Assembly: GCA_020536535.1 (NCBI GenBank)
Contig: JAHLWZ010000359.1
Location: 1-64,000, forward strand
Length of the DNA: 64,000 nt
DNA from: Pelomyxa schiedti
Lineage: Eukaryota; Protista; Evosea
Reading direction: 5' to 3'
Shown piece after piece: positions 13,459-25,941 of the stretch; position 1 is the first letter of the stretch; each line of letters starts with the position of its first letter. A program made the position numbers and the translations under genes. Below the pieces are notes generated by a model. The model did no database searches, was not told the DNA's origin, and was given only the letters and a program-made list of their open reading frames with translations.

Positions 13459-15731
13459 ATGTATCACTGGTGGGTTGCGCTGTTGGCGTTGTTTGGCGGT
13501 GTTAGTCTCATACGTGGGGACCATGTATCATTTGGCACTGTTCTGAGAGATCATTTAGCTACCAATCAAGAAAAGAGTGGGGATGTGTGGGCAGTGCTTG
13601 TTGCAGGCTCCGCTGGATGGTCGAATTACCGGTAAGGTTGTTTGGTTCTCTCTTATTTTGATTGTTCCAGACACCAAGCGGACGTCTGCCACGCCTACCA
13701 GATTCTCCGAAAGGTACTACTTCTCTGTTACAGGGTCCTAGTTTGTCTAAACAAGTCTGTAGAATGGCGTCGATGATGATCACATCATTGGTACGAAGTT
13801 TGTGTGGTGAACTTCCTAATACCCATATAGTGATGATGTACGACGACATTGCTGACAACGAAAAGAACGGCCTGTGGAAGGGCACGATAATCAATGTATT
13901 CCACCTTGTTTTTTCCTCTTGTAATTTTGAAACAGGAACCAGGTGGAAGTGATGTGTATGCTGGTGTTCCGAAGGTAAGGCTTTCCCTTTCTTCTTCCCC
14001 TAAGTCAGGCAAAACATTGAAGGATTATGTGGGAAATGATGTTACACCACGTAACTTTATCTCTGTTCTCAAGGGAGAGTCTCATTCCGTGAAAGGGAAG
14101 AAGGTACCCTGTATCTTTTTCCTTTTCTAAGCAGGTTGTTACATTTTTTTTCCCGCAGGTTTTGAAGAGCACTCGCAACGACGACGTTTTTATATACTTT
14201 GCTGATCACGGCGGGAAGTTTTGTATTTGCTTCCCTCATGATGTACTGCATGCTGATACGTTGATATCGGCCTTGAATGTATGTCGGTTTGATTTGAGAC
14301 CAGTAAAAAAAAAATTATCCTCCCAGGAAATGCACGATCAATCGATGTACTCTAAGCTCGTTTTTTACCTGGAAGCATGCGAAGTACTTGCTTGAAGCCC
14401 TTGTTGTATCACTGAGAATTTTCTCTTAGAGTGGAAGCATGTTTGACAATCTTTTACCTCCTAATGTTGATGTTTACGCCCACACGTGCGCTTGCCAGTA
14501 AAAATCATACAGTATCCCACGATTTTGTAGGGCTGCTACGCCTGATGAGCCGAGCTATGCCTGTGCTCATGATAGTAGAGCCATTCTAGGATTCATCATT
14601 AATCTCAAGCAATAAACTTTTAGAGCAGAGGAACACTTACCTAAACGACTGCTGGTCGATTGCATGGATGAACGATGTTGAAGCCCATAACCCAGGTTAT
14701 ATCCCTCCATGCTGTTCTATGTATAATTGACTTCTAGCGGGGGAGACCCTCCAAGAACAATTTCAAGACACAAAAAATACTGTGACGCAGGTTTGTTTTC
14801 CTCGAGGAATTGGTCTCTAATTGGTCCCTAGTCCTGTCCATGCCAGGTTCCTTGAAACGAACCAACTATTCTTCCTCCTGAAGTTTCTTACTCCAAACAT
14901 AGTATGGTGATTTGGCTATAGCAGACGATTTTACTGTGGCAGACTTTATGGCAGGAAAGGGCACCTACCCATCCCAAAAACCGAACCACATTACTTTCAT
15001 GGATATGATAGTTGAGGAACCTTATCTATCTGACACTGAGTGGGATTTTGTCGGCCCCACTCCCTCAGAAGATGGTACACACAATCTCTCATCTTTGCCA
15101 TTCTTTAACTATTCTTAGTGGATGTTATGCTCCTGGTTCACCAGGCAACACAGTCTGGTGATTCCGGAGACCGTAAAAAGCTTCATGAAGAAATGGTTCG
15201 GCGAGCTGCCACGGATAACATAGATGATGCTATCCTTTCCGCCGCAAGATCTTTTGTATGCTTGTTTCTTTCTTCTTTTTTCAACGAAACTTTCGTCTAG
15301 AGTTCCCTAAGCAAATATGAGTCCTGTGGAATACAAAGTTGCTCGAACTTAAGTTGCCCTTGTGTTAGGAAGTGCCATGAAGATCCTCATAATGTATTCA
15401 ACTGTCCTTTTCATAAAACTGACTCTATCAATGAAAGTTGGATCATGCTTGGTGCCGATTGGAATGTTGTGATGAGAAAGCACCGTCTACACTTTGTCAC
15501 ATTGACCAACCCCCGAACCTTGCGTGCACTCACAAACTTATTGTGTGTAGCCCTTTGCTTTTCTGTCTCCTTACCAACGATTATCCAGGATTCTATGGTT
15601 CAAGTTACTACATTTCTTCCTTTTTGATTTTCCTAACCTTTATTTGCGGTGCAGTCATGTGGCCCATTTACAAGCTATACGATCAAGCACACAAAGTCCA
15701 TTGCCACAGTACAAAACAATCCAGCCTTTGA
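13459..15731 (+). CDS. LGMN: Legumain / asparaginyl endopeptidase (peptidase C13) with signal peptide
   Basis: Hydrophobic N-terminus [56 protein letters not shown]; catalytic FADHG and YLEACE-SGSMF. The 3' end is approximate. Confidence 0.9.
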
Positions 15732-15892
15732 AGAACCCACTAACAAATTAACAGTTGTGCCAATACATGCACCACCACAACGTGCCTTTGGAAGAAGGTG
15801 TGGCAGTCATACAAAGTGTTTGTTCCAAATAACAACCAGAAATAAGAGAAAACTTTCTTTGTAATTACAATAAAGCACACTACTTTTCCCAC

Positions 15893-17771
15893 TCATGGAT
15901 CTGGGGGGAAGTAAATAGGGAACAACTTCAGATACATGTTGTATTCAGAGTCCTTAAAACATGCAAACACAATGCGCTTGACCTAATGCTACTATTACTA
16001 GTCGAAAAAAAAAAGTGTAGCAAACTCACAATAAATCTGTGTGGAACTGACTCGAGGTAATTCCTAACAACACTCAGGGCTACGTGTGTTGCCGCTTCAA
16101 GTGGATATCCAAAAATTCCCGTGGAGATTCTTTGTGCGTTTTAGTGGTTTGTCTCATTTGCGCTATTTTAAGATTTTTTTTGGAAGGGTTCTTACCCACA
16201 GAAGGCCTGTGAAGTGAGTGGTTAAGGCGGGAAGAACAGTGGTGTGAATGTTACCTACCACTGTTCGTATTTCAAAAAAGTTAATAAAGCTGAGGCACTT
16301 TTCATAGGTGGCGGTAAGAACTTCTGGTTTCTCACCAATCGGCCCAACGGCATGTATTACATCTGTGGACCAGTAAAGGATTAGTATTCTTAGTGCTGGC
16401 TTTCACGTACATGGACAAGGTAGCTCATAACCAAAGGTTCTCTTGGCGTCCCCTTCATCGCAGCCATCAAGCAGCTTACATTCCTCAAATAGTTCAGGCC
16501 CCGCCGCTGTATGTATGGCACCATCGACTAGAAGAAAAAGTCAAAATATATTATGAAGGGATGACAAGCTTAGTACCTCCCCCTCCCCCTAGTAGACTGC
16601 TATTCGCGGCATTTACAATTGCGTCACCAGCAAGGTCCACAACTTGGAGGTTGTTTCAATTAGGTAAGTCTATTTTAAGGCGCAACTGACCACTGCCTTT
16701 GTAAATGCACAACATCTTATTTATCCAACTACTAGGTTTAAATGGCCCCCCAACTCTTCCCTTTGAAAAGTTCGTAAGCTAGTAGAGGTTAGATGTGAAG
16801 TGAGAAGGAAATTCACCTCCTCAGGAGTCCAGGGAATAGGCATTGACCCCTTTTTGAATTTTATTGTCATTTGGTGCCAGGTCTCCAAATCGCACTGGCA
16901 GAAAGTCAAGTGTTTGATGGGAAATCATTTAACAGGGGAAAACCATCTTGACTGGGTCTTTTGGCTTGGGCGGACTGAATGCAAATGCAGAGGCAGTGGG
17001 CATTGAAGTGGGTGTGAGCTGTGACAAAGTCATGTATCGGGGAGCCGAGGAAGTAGTACTCGTTTTAGGAGGAGAATTAGACCGAGAATGGGCCCGTGGA
17101 CCCGAATGAGGTGGTGAGCGTGAGTGTGATCTCGATCTCGACCTCGACCTTGATCTTGAGCTTGAGCTTGACCCTGAATGCGAGTGCGTGTGTGAGTGTG
17201 AGGGTGATGGCGAGGATGACCGGGATCCAGACGGTGAACGAGAATGTGAGTGGTGTGTGTGATGTGTGCGATGGTGGTGGTGGTGGTGGTTACCGTGCTT
17301 AGTTGGGGAATGTGAGTTATGGGACAGCTTGTGGTGAGCGTGTGAGACATTGTCGTGGCCGACAGAACCAACATCAGTAGTCGTCGTAGTTGAAGTTGTG
17401 GTTGCACTAGAAGCAGCAGTACGGCCCTAAAAAAAAAAACAACCAAAAGTGAGAATCGGGTGGTACCTAAAGCGTGTGGACACACGTCTCCAGTGCCGTC
17501 AACATTGCTAGGGGCAGCAGCAGCCGAGACTATCAGCTGATGCCGCGTGGTTTCGGTGGCTGCAGCAGTGGTTGCTAGCGTGTTGTCCTTGTCGAGTGCT
17601 GCTGCGCTACTTGTAGTAGTACTGCAGGCTGCTGACTCCATTGCAGCTGCGGCCACACTGCTTGTGGGAGGAAGGCTCGGAGCGTGCAGCTCAGCTTTAG
17701 AGAAAAACTTGTAAGATTAAACGCGAGTTGGGGTGGGTACGTTCATCCGGCGAACCTTCACTACCCGACAT
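15893..17771 (-). CDS. MacroD-type macrodomain ADP-ribose hydrolase with long His/Ser/Arg-rich N-terminal extension
   Basis: Spliced [68 protein letters not shown]; stop after YFPPDP. The 5' exons ([10 protein letters not shown]...) join in frame. Confidence 0.88.
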
Positions 17772-18272
17772 CTTCCAGGTTTCTCCGAAAATGAGCTCTT
17801 GTGTGTGAGCCAGCACCAAATACTCTACCGCAGATGCTGTACAAAGTTGTAGGCACTGTGGACTAGCACCACTCTTCCATTTGTGCTGCAAACTCACCAA
17901 TGGACTGCACCACAATGCCGTAATGTGGCAGTGCCGCTTCAACCCGGGCAAAAAAAAAGGGGGTACTTTCAAATAGACACCACCACGAAGTCAGAACCTG
18001 ACCCAGGACCAAAGTCGCCACTACAAGTCACACTCCTTCCCCGTGATGGCTCCGGAAATTTCACTCCGAGCTTCGTCTTAAAAAACCAGTTTTTTCCCGG
18101 TGCGCCGGATTGTGGGATCTTGCCCTCAACCCCTGGAATGTTCCAAAGTGCCATGCGACTTGTGGGGCAGGGAGAACAATCCATCCCCCTTCGCCACACC
18201 ACTGCCAATGAAACTTGTGCACAAGGAGAGGAACCCAGCCCCAAGTTGGGAACGAACCATAACAAAATAATA

Positions 18273-20233
18273 ATGGATGAGGACAACGATCAAAATGCCG
18301 CGCCACCGACACCTTCATTGCCGCAACAGGCACAGCCGCCGCCTCCCAAAAAAGCTAGGTTGGTGACGTCGCCGCAGCCGCGCGGGGCCGATGACGACGT
18401 GTTGCCACAGCAGTTGCACGCGACCCAGACCGAGCAGCAGCGGCCCCCTTGCGCGCAACAAGCGTCCTCGGCCGCGCCAAGTCGACTGGCCGCCGATTGC
18501 CTCGGCGCTTGGGCTGGCGGCGAAACCAGGAGGGCGTACCTGATGTCTCTGAGGCTCGTTCTTGGTGCCGATTCCGATGGCGATGGTGGTCGTGAGTGCT
18601 CTTCGCCGCAGCAGCTGAGAAGTGATGTGGAGCAGCAGAGGGAGGTGTACCGTAGGCAGTTGCAGCTGCATAATCAACAGACAGACGACAACAGGGAAGG
18701 TGGACCTCGTAGTGATGATGGTAATACTAGTACTACTAGTACAACTACTACTACTACTACTACTACTACAACTGCTACTGCGGCACTTGGGCACATTGTG
18801 TGGTCGTTCTTGATTGCTTCGGACCCCAGGTTGTTGGAGCCTTTGTGGCCGCTGGAGGCTGCTGTTCCAGACCATCTGACAGCCACAACACGTCAGCCAC
18901 TTGTTGCCCAACACTGGATGGTCGACTTCCTGGAATCTGTTGCCATCTCCACGACTGGTGAAGGTGTGTTGACCGCCACTTTTGTGCCTTTGATGACTCA
19001 AACAAACCAAAATCAACATTGGCAGGCTCGGAGGCCACCTCACAAGGAAACGACAAATGTGGAGACCTTCAAAGTCTGGCACACTTCTTGCTTGGAGTGG
19101 CACTTTCGAGGGAGTATGGGCCGTGGCCGTTCACTGACAAACTCAAGAGCGTGGAACACATCAATATTGCGGCTGATCGTGGTGACCAAAGGGCGCAGTA
19201 CTGGAGGTGGAGCCAGCACGGCAACCAAGGGGACGCTTACTTTGACGACCTTCGCAAGTCTGCCTCGCAGGGGTACTGCCCTGCCATTCATGCACTCGGA
19301 CACATGTACAAGGACGTTGACTCACCAGGCGGCGTGCCTTTGAACCGCGCTGAGGGCCTCAGGTTGCTGCAAGTTGGCGCCGAGAAAGGAAGTGCGTGGT
19401 GCCAGTTCGAGTTGGCTGCGGCATTGGCAGCAGTAGATAAGGGGGATGCACTGAGGAGGTTCAAGATTGCCTCTGACCAAGGTTTGTCCATTGCACAGTA
19501 CATTGTGGCGCGCGCTCTTTGCTCCCCTGTGACCAGTTGCTGGATGGAGAGAAATGTCCCGGAGGCACTGCGCCTGTTGAAGCTCTCTGCTGCTCAAGGT
19601 CTCACGGACTCATACACACTGCTTGGCATGATTTTCAAAAATGGAGACGTTGTGGAACGGAACTACAAATCAGCTGTCGAGTATTTACTGAAGGCTGCAA
19701 ATTCAGGTGATGCTGAAGCCCAGTTTGAATTGGCACAGTGCTATTTGGAGGGGAATGGAGTTGAAAAAGAAGATGAGGCAGAGGCGTTCAGGTTGCTGCA
19801 ACAGGCGCTTGAAGGTGGGATGGTTGAGGCACATGTTCAACTTGGAATGATGTACCTGGAAGGCAACACCATTGTGCAACAGGACATCACCAAGGCCAGT
19901 CACCACTTTCAACTTGCCGTTCAGAAGGACTGGAGAAAGTGCACACAGGCTTGCTTTTTCCTCAGCAACTTCATCTTCCGTGGTGTTGCGCCAGGGACCA
20001 CACGTGACGCAATGGACCTTTTGCGCAAGTCAACTGCCTCCATGATGCCAGAAAGCTTCATTGGGCTTGGTGAGGTGCATGAGAACGGGGTTGGTGGGGT
20101 CACAAAGGATGTGAGGGAGGCTGTGAGGTGTTACAGGCTTGCTGTTGCCTCATTGACACCAAATGACTCACTGCGAAAAATGGTCTCAGATAGGCTCAAG
20201 GTGTATCTCAGGAGGAAAGGGAAGAGGCAGTAA
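18273..20233 (+). CDS. Sel1-like repeat protein with low-complexity N-terminus (one intron, 18964-19025)
   Basis: Repeated A-x-x-x-L-G-x-x-Y-x-x-G-x-G-V units, e.g. AQFELAQCYLEGNGVEK and AHVQLGMMYLEG. A GT-AG intron links the two overlapping ORFs in frame. Confidence 0.88.
18726..18780 (+). repeat. Imperfect (ACT)n trinucleotide microsatellite encoding poly-Thr in the Sel1 gene
   Basis: Direct reading: actagtactactagtacaactactactactactactactactacaactgctactg. Confidence 0.85.
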
Positions 20234-20401
20234 TATTTGGCCGAGAGCCACACAATTTTCCTTCATTTTCCCCTTCAACCAACCAATTGAGAATAAGAAA
20301 AACCACAACCATTTTTGTTCTGTGTATGCGCATTGGCACAACGAAAATGTTGGCTAGAGCCCATCATCTGCCTGGGTTTCCAACTTGGAAACCCAAAAAA
20401 A

Positions 20402-21751
20402 ATGACCAGCCAACGAATGAACAGCTCACAACAACTGCTAAACGGTGTCCCTCCGCATTTGATGTGTCCCATTTCACTGAGTCTTATGGTTGACCCAGTC
20501 AGGTCTGCTGCCATTATTTGTTGTTGTTTCGTAGTTGTTTTTCCCACTTGCACTTCGTTTCTCTCTTTTTTGTGTGTGTCTTAATAACTGCTGACGCAGT
20601 ACGTCCGACGGGCACACCTACGAACGCGAAGGTCAGCATTACCACTCAAAATCCTGTGTTACTTTTTTTTTTTTTTTGAAATTCTACCAGCTATATCTCG
20701 GTGGCTGGAGAATCACGACACAAGCCCCGTCACTAGCCTCCCACTCTCTTCGAAGAATATTGTTCCGAATTACTCTCTCCGGGATGCAATTGCGGAATGG
20801 AATTCCCGCTCCGAATGCACTGATGGCAGCACACAATTTTCCACCTCCACCACCTCCACTACATCTACATCAATGGCACCTACGTCCTCTGCTCTTTCTC
20901 AAAGTTCTTCTATGACATCTTCTACAAATTCAAATAGTGCTGAAAAAATGGATGTTGCTGTATGCAACCTCCCTCCTTCCGAGGTTGCTCCTGCGGTATG
21001 TCTTTTTCTTGTAGTTGTCTTTCTAGAAAATTAAATTTGAAGTTGGCTTACAGGTGGCTTATATGGTAGCTGAGGCAATGTCTGGGGAGCCTGATGCTAT
21101 ATTTAAGTTTCCAGATGCATCCACAAGATTATCATGTATGACAAGTATTAACTCTTGCATTGCATCTGTGGCGTTAAGTTCTTGGGTATCATTTATTATG
21201 TGTCCATGAGTTCACAACAATTCAGGTAGTTGTTATGAAGACTACTGATGAGGGTAAAATTATTGGAGTCAGTGTGTGGACTCCTCCCGGGCAAGTTCTT
21301 CCTAAATCGGCCTTGTGGGCATCTCCTTTTTCGGTAGTTACATTATGGCACACTTTCTCTAATACCCAGAAAGGTTGGCTTGCTATCTACATATCGAATG
21401 TCAACATGGCGGCAGCACTGCGCATCTGCTCAGAGTACAGCAACCAGTGGGCGAAAACCTTGCTGGTATGAAACCCGTTAACTCAAACTTCACAAATGTG
21501 CACTAAGGACTTTATACTGGTTGGCTGTGCACCCCGGACATCAAAGAAAAGGAGTGGGATCCTTTCTTCTGCAGCAAGGACTGGCTAGAGTCAGGCAATG
21601 TGAACATAACCCAGTTATCTATGCATGCACAGCAAGTACTAATGGAAAGAATTTCCTGACAAAAAGGGGCTTCACAGTTGTTAGTGGAGTTGACTCCCAC
21701 CATACAGCCCCAGGGTACCCCCCTCCTGTCTGGGGACTGTTGTTTGGCTAA
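20402..21751 (+). CDS. U-box domain fused to GNAT acetyltransferase
   Basis: U-box: PPHLMCPISLSLMVDPV, DGHTYERE-AISRWL, TSPVT, PNYSLRDAIAEW. The frame stays open through an S/T linker into a GNAT fold: GKIIGVSVW, LAVHPGHQRKGVGSFLL (acetyl-CoA motif A), RGFTVV. Confidence 0.82.
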
Positions 21752-21803
21752 AAATTGTGCATAATCCAATGTAAAAAAATAAAGGCTTTCTTTGTACAAG
21801 GTC

Positions 21804-22596
21804 TCACAAAAGCAAGTCAAATGCTGCCTGAGGATCCCCATTGCATTTTGTAATGGCACTATGAACTATTTCTAGTGTGTAAACTTTAGATGACATTCCA
21901 CTTAGACAAGACAATAGCCTTATTGCCGGAAATTGCTGTGGTGTAATAGTATTGATGCCAAGTAGCTCCCTGATTGTTGATTAATTGAACAGGAAAGTAA
22001 TGCCAGGTCTTATGTAAGAAACAGTTGTACCTCTCCAAGGAGCACAGTTCCGAGAGAAAAATCAGGTCTGGGTCTATAACAGGCCTTGCGGTCCTGACAG
22101 TATCCAGGGCAGCTCTAAATGACATACCATGCTTGAGCATCAAGTATCCAATCACCACAGTGGCACTTCTGCTCAACCCTGACCCACAATGAACAAGCAC
22201 CTTATTTGCAGGATTCTCTCCAATAGCACTGTTCATTTATGGAGGTTATCGTTTGTTTGATGGAGATAATTCACTATCGAATAGGAAAGAGCAAACTGAA
22301 GTGAACAACACATGCACACACTTGGCCATCCACTCTGCAACAGGTCTCATGTGAGGGGCCAGTCTGTCACAGCTGTCATCCAACACCCTGCAATGATACA
22401 CCCTGTCGCCCCCGCCACTGGCACCCGAGCTCCCACGGCGGGCAAGCGCCGCGGCGACTGCTGCCGGCGCGGGGCACGTGTGCACCCGCACAACGTGGGT
22501 GATTCCCAGGGCCCCGAGCTTGTCAGGGCTCTCCCCTACGTTGGCATCTCCGATCAGTACCCCTGGGACAACCAACTGAGCCGTGCCTGTCCACAT
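21804..22596 (-). CDS. Dual-specificity phosphatase with C-terminal UBA-like domain
   Basis: LGITHVV, VLVHCGSGLSRSATVVIGYLM (HCxxGxxRS). The last exon reads YTLEIVHSAITKCNGDPQAAFDLLL*. Confidence 0.85.
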
Positions 22597-22697
22597 GTTT
22601 GTACTCTCGACACTGGCAACAAACCCAACAACGGAACGAAAGAAGACTTCTTTTCGTGAACCGTTCACAAAAAAAAAAACCCGGAAAGTTACGTTTG

Positions 22698-23306
22698 ATG
22701 AGTGCAGTGGAGCAGGGGCGAGTGCAGGTGGGCGTTTCGGTGCTGATGTTCCGTGACGTGGGTGGGGAGCGCTGCGTGCTTATGGGAGTCCGACGGTCCA
22801 AGAAAAGTGACGGGACGTGGCAGGTTCCCGGCGGGGGACTAATGTTTGGTGAGACTTTCGAACAATGTGCAGTCAGAGAGACTGTGGAAGGTTTGGTTGA
22901 TGTGACAAGAGGGTTTGTTGTATCCGACACTTGTGCTTACTTTGTTTGCCAATGAAACAGAAACGGGAATGCATGTGGGAAACGTGGAACTTGTGTACGC
23001 CTTCAATGACATTCACTTGGAAGTAAGGAAGCAGTTCATTGACATGTGTATGTGCTTCTGGGTTTCCCTTTGATATCCTAACTCTGGAAGACGTAACTGC
23101 GGATGCGGGAACGGAAGAACCTTCCAATCCGGAACCAACTAAATGTGATGGGTTTGTATTATGTTCCCTTTGTTGGTTCTCGACTGAGATTGTGTCAAAG
23201 GTGGATGTGGATACCTGTGAATAAGATCCCACGCAACACATTCCCATCAATAGTCCAATTCATCAACTCCAAGGCCAACACCTTTGGCATGAGATACATT
23301 GAGTAG
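22698..23306 (+). CDS. Nudix hydrolase (NUDT15/AtNUDT1-like)
   Basis: VGVSV, [29 protein letters not shown] (Nudix box), EPTKCD-GWMW. Confidence 0.9.
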
Positions 23307-23489
23307 GGCCAATTACTCCAAAAGCGGCTTTTTCCCTTCACGTACCCTTCTGGGGTATCTTTACCAAATAAAATTGGCTTGGAGCTCTTATTTTCAATAT
23401 ATTCACCTTGGAAAGTTTCCAACAGAAGGGAGAAGAGTTGAGAGTATGTCCCCATTTGAAAGCTATTTGTGCCACGTTGAATCTTCCGC

Positions 23490-24178
23490 TTATCTATTGT
23501 GAGAATCCAAAATAATTGTCACTGGCCCATCGTTTGTTGACTCGACTTCCATGTGCGCTCCAAAAACTCCATCTATTGTTGTTTGAAAACAGCACAATCC
23601 ATTATGAACAGACCTTTTATTAATGCAGGGTTATAGCTGCTGCGCAAGAGTTGCAAAAAGTTATCATAAAACACTCGAGCCTCATCGCCACCCATTGCAA
23701 GGTGAAAATCGGGCTTGTTCCCTGACAACAATTGGAAATGAACGTAAGGTCTGTGACATACCTTTAACAACCGAATACAGTGTGAATTGGCTTACTGATG
23801 TGAATTAGAGGAATAAATGCAAGAGTATTAGTAGTACCGCAAAGGATTTCCAAATTATTTTGCATCACGGATGTATCCCACTTTTTTCCATTGGCTGGAT
23901 TGTTCCACAACCGTAGGTTGAGTATCTTGCGAGCACTTTGCAATATGAACTGCGAAAGAAAAGTGCATTGTCTTACCAATAATCAGCATCGTCTGGTGTA
24001 TCCCCAGTCGTTATCCCTTGTGTCTTTTTCAGCAAGCAACGGTATAAAACCGAGGAACAAAAAGAGAAGAAATGTTCCACCCACCCACAAGACACAGCAG
24101 TCCCCTACCAATATTGCTCACAACGGAGCCTTCAACGGCGACCGAGGCACGCACGACCCTAGTGATCACAACTCGCAT
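23490..24178 (-). CDS. DTD1: D-aminoacyl-tRNA deacylase
   Basis: MRVVITRVVRASV, IGRGLLCLVG, KILNLRLW, SQFTLY, NKPDFHLAM, GVFGAHMEVESTNDGPVTIILDS. Confidence 0.95.
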
Positions 24179-24222
24179 TAGAAGAAAGCCTCAAAGAAAA
24201 GAACAAAAAAAGAACCTTTCGA

Positions 24223-25461
24223 ATGGGTAACCACGAGTCTTCAACAACAACGGGCGGTGCAGCGAGACCACCTGTGCGCATAACAGAGAAACAGGTTCAA
24301 AAGTTGGAGCTGATCTGGGCCTCCATTGTCGGCCACCCACCAAAAACCGTACGTTTCCGTTTCCTGATCTTCTTTTTCTTTTTTTGCCCTTGTTGGTTTG
24401 TTTCTACTCGTGCTCGGTTGTTCGTTTGACTACTCTCGGTTTTATTAAATGTAAATGTACATTCCGATGGGGCAGCCGTTTAACATGTGAGCAGGCAAAT
24501 CTTGCACAATTTAGAGAATTAATTGCAGAAGCAGCTCGAGTGGTTCCTGAAGTGCCTGCTTTTAGAGACCCTGAGTTTGCAGAGCAACTTTTTGAGGTTT
24601 CTAATTTCATAATGAAGTAACTAATGTGTGCTGAGCACCAAGTACAACTAGTGAATTCCAAATGCATAATCAGTGTTTAAAAGAATAAGTCTCTTTAGAT
24701 TCTGGATGTGGACCACAGCAACTCAATTTGCCACAATGAGCTCTTTGGTGGGGTGGGCACCACTTTTCCTTCTTTTTCCCTCCGAACTAAAAATGCTAGT
24801 TGGGTGTTCTTGTTCAAGGTGGGATGACTCACAAGGCAGCACTTGTCTTCAAAGCAGCTGACCTTAACGGTTTGTATCCCTTTCATTTGTATGCTATAGC
24901 ACCAATTCGTTCGTTTTTTTTTTTGCAGGAGATGGGTTCCTAAGCAAAGCGGAGCTTACTCACACTCTTGAGAGGTCACTGTACCATTCCAAGATTCTAA
25001 TTGCCCTTCAAACAGCTAGAGCCACTGGTGTTACCGTTGATGCCCAATACAGGAGAGATACCGGTAAACACTCCTTTTCTTTTCCTGCTCTAAATGTTCA
25101 CTAAATCACAAACTTTGGGTACAAAAAAAAATCAACAGCTGCCAAAGCCCGGGCTGAACTCCCCACATATTCCGCAAATATTCAGACGGCCGTTGAACAT
25201 GCATTCGAACAAGCAGATGTAAACAGAGACGGTCAGCTTTCATTGGAAGAGTGGTGCAAGTTCTGCCTCGTTGTCCCGGCCATCAGGTCATTGTTCCTGT
25301 TTGCAATTGGCGAGAAGCTCCTGCCCGAGTTGACAGACCCCAATGAACCAGCACACTGGGAGACCATGTTCCAAAGTCCCCTTCCCTCTGAACACGACAT
25401 CCTTGAAGCCACAAAAGCAGCCACAGCAGCCGCAACAACCACAAAGTCAAAGGGCCACTAA
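24223..25461 (+). CDS. N-myristoylated EF-hand protein (NCS/calcineurin-B-like)
   Basis: MGNHES myristoylation-type start; EF loops DVDHSNSI, DLNGDGFLSKAE, DVNRDGQLSLEE. Confidence 0.82.
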
Positions 25462-25613
25462 CCATTTTCTGCACCAAAAATTCTAAATAAAGAGACTTTC
25501 TTCAGAAAAAATTATTTAAAAAAAAAGAGGCAAGTGGAGGCTGTGAAATACAAAGTACTGTGGTGGAAGACCTTAGCAAAGGAGTAGTTGGAGTTCTTGT
25601 TTTCGAATTAAAA

Positions 25614-25828
25614 GTGGGGCTGACCACACGAGGCGGCAGTGCAGTGCCTGGGCAATCAGGAGGGCACCCAACTTGGCGGCGAAGCAAGCCCCACCACCAA
25701 GCAGACACCCCCAGCAACCCCACAAAAAATAAGTTTAATATCGATGCTACCCAATGGGCAGCTTTCAGATATTAAGCTGAAAAGAACAGATACTACACTT
25801 GATCTTAGCCAAAAGGCCGAGAAGGTAT
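25614..25828 (-). ncRNA. U2: U2 spliceosomal snRNA (~215 nt)
   Basis: The - strand begins ATACCTTCTCGGCCTTTTGGCTAAGATCAAGTGTAGTATCTGTTCT (canonical U2 5' end with branch-site pairing GUAGUA). Stem IIa loop TAATATCTGA, Sm site ATTTTTTG, 3' stem-loops with an ACTGCAC loop. The 3' end is approximate. Confidence 0.97.
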
Positions 25829-25883
25829 GAAGGTTTCTTCTGCCTTAGTGGCATTTAAAAATGACCCAAAAGTATCGACTCAC

Positions 25884-25891
25884 TTATGGGA
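25884..25891 (-). promoter_or_regulatory. snRNA upstream sequence element TCCCATAA (DUSE-like) of U2
   Basis: First C (25890) lies 62 nt upstream of the U2 start. Matches the Dictyostelium DUSE consensus WCCCAYAA, found ~60 nt upstream of snRNA genes. Confidence 0.8.
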
Positions 25892-25941
25892 AATCTGGTT
25901 TTCCCGGAAACAACAGGTTTTCAATCACAGACAAACAACAA

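Noticed and set aside
223-24178. Functional linkage of tRNA-Ala and DTD1 (DTD edits Gly-tRNA-Ala)
   Set aside because: 23 kb apart with many intervening genes; likely coincidence.
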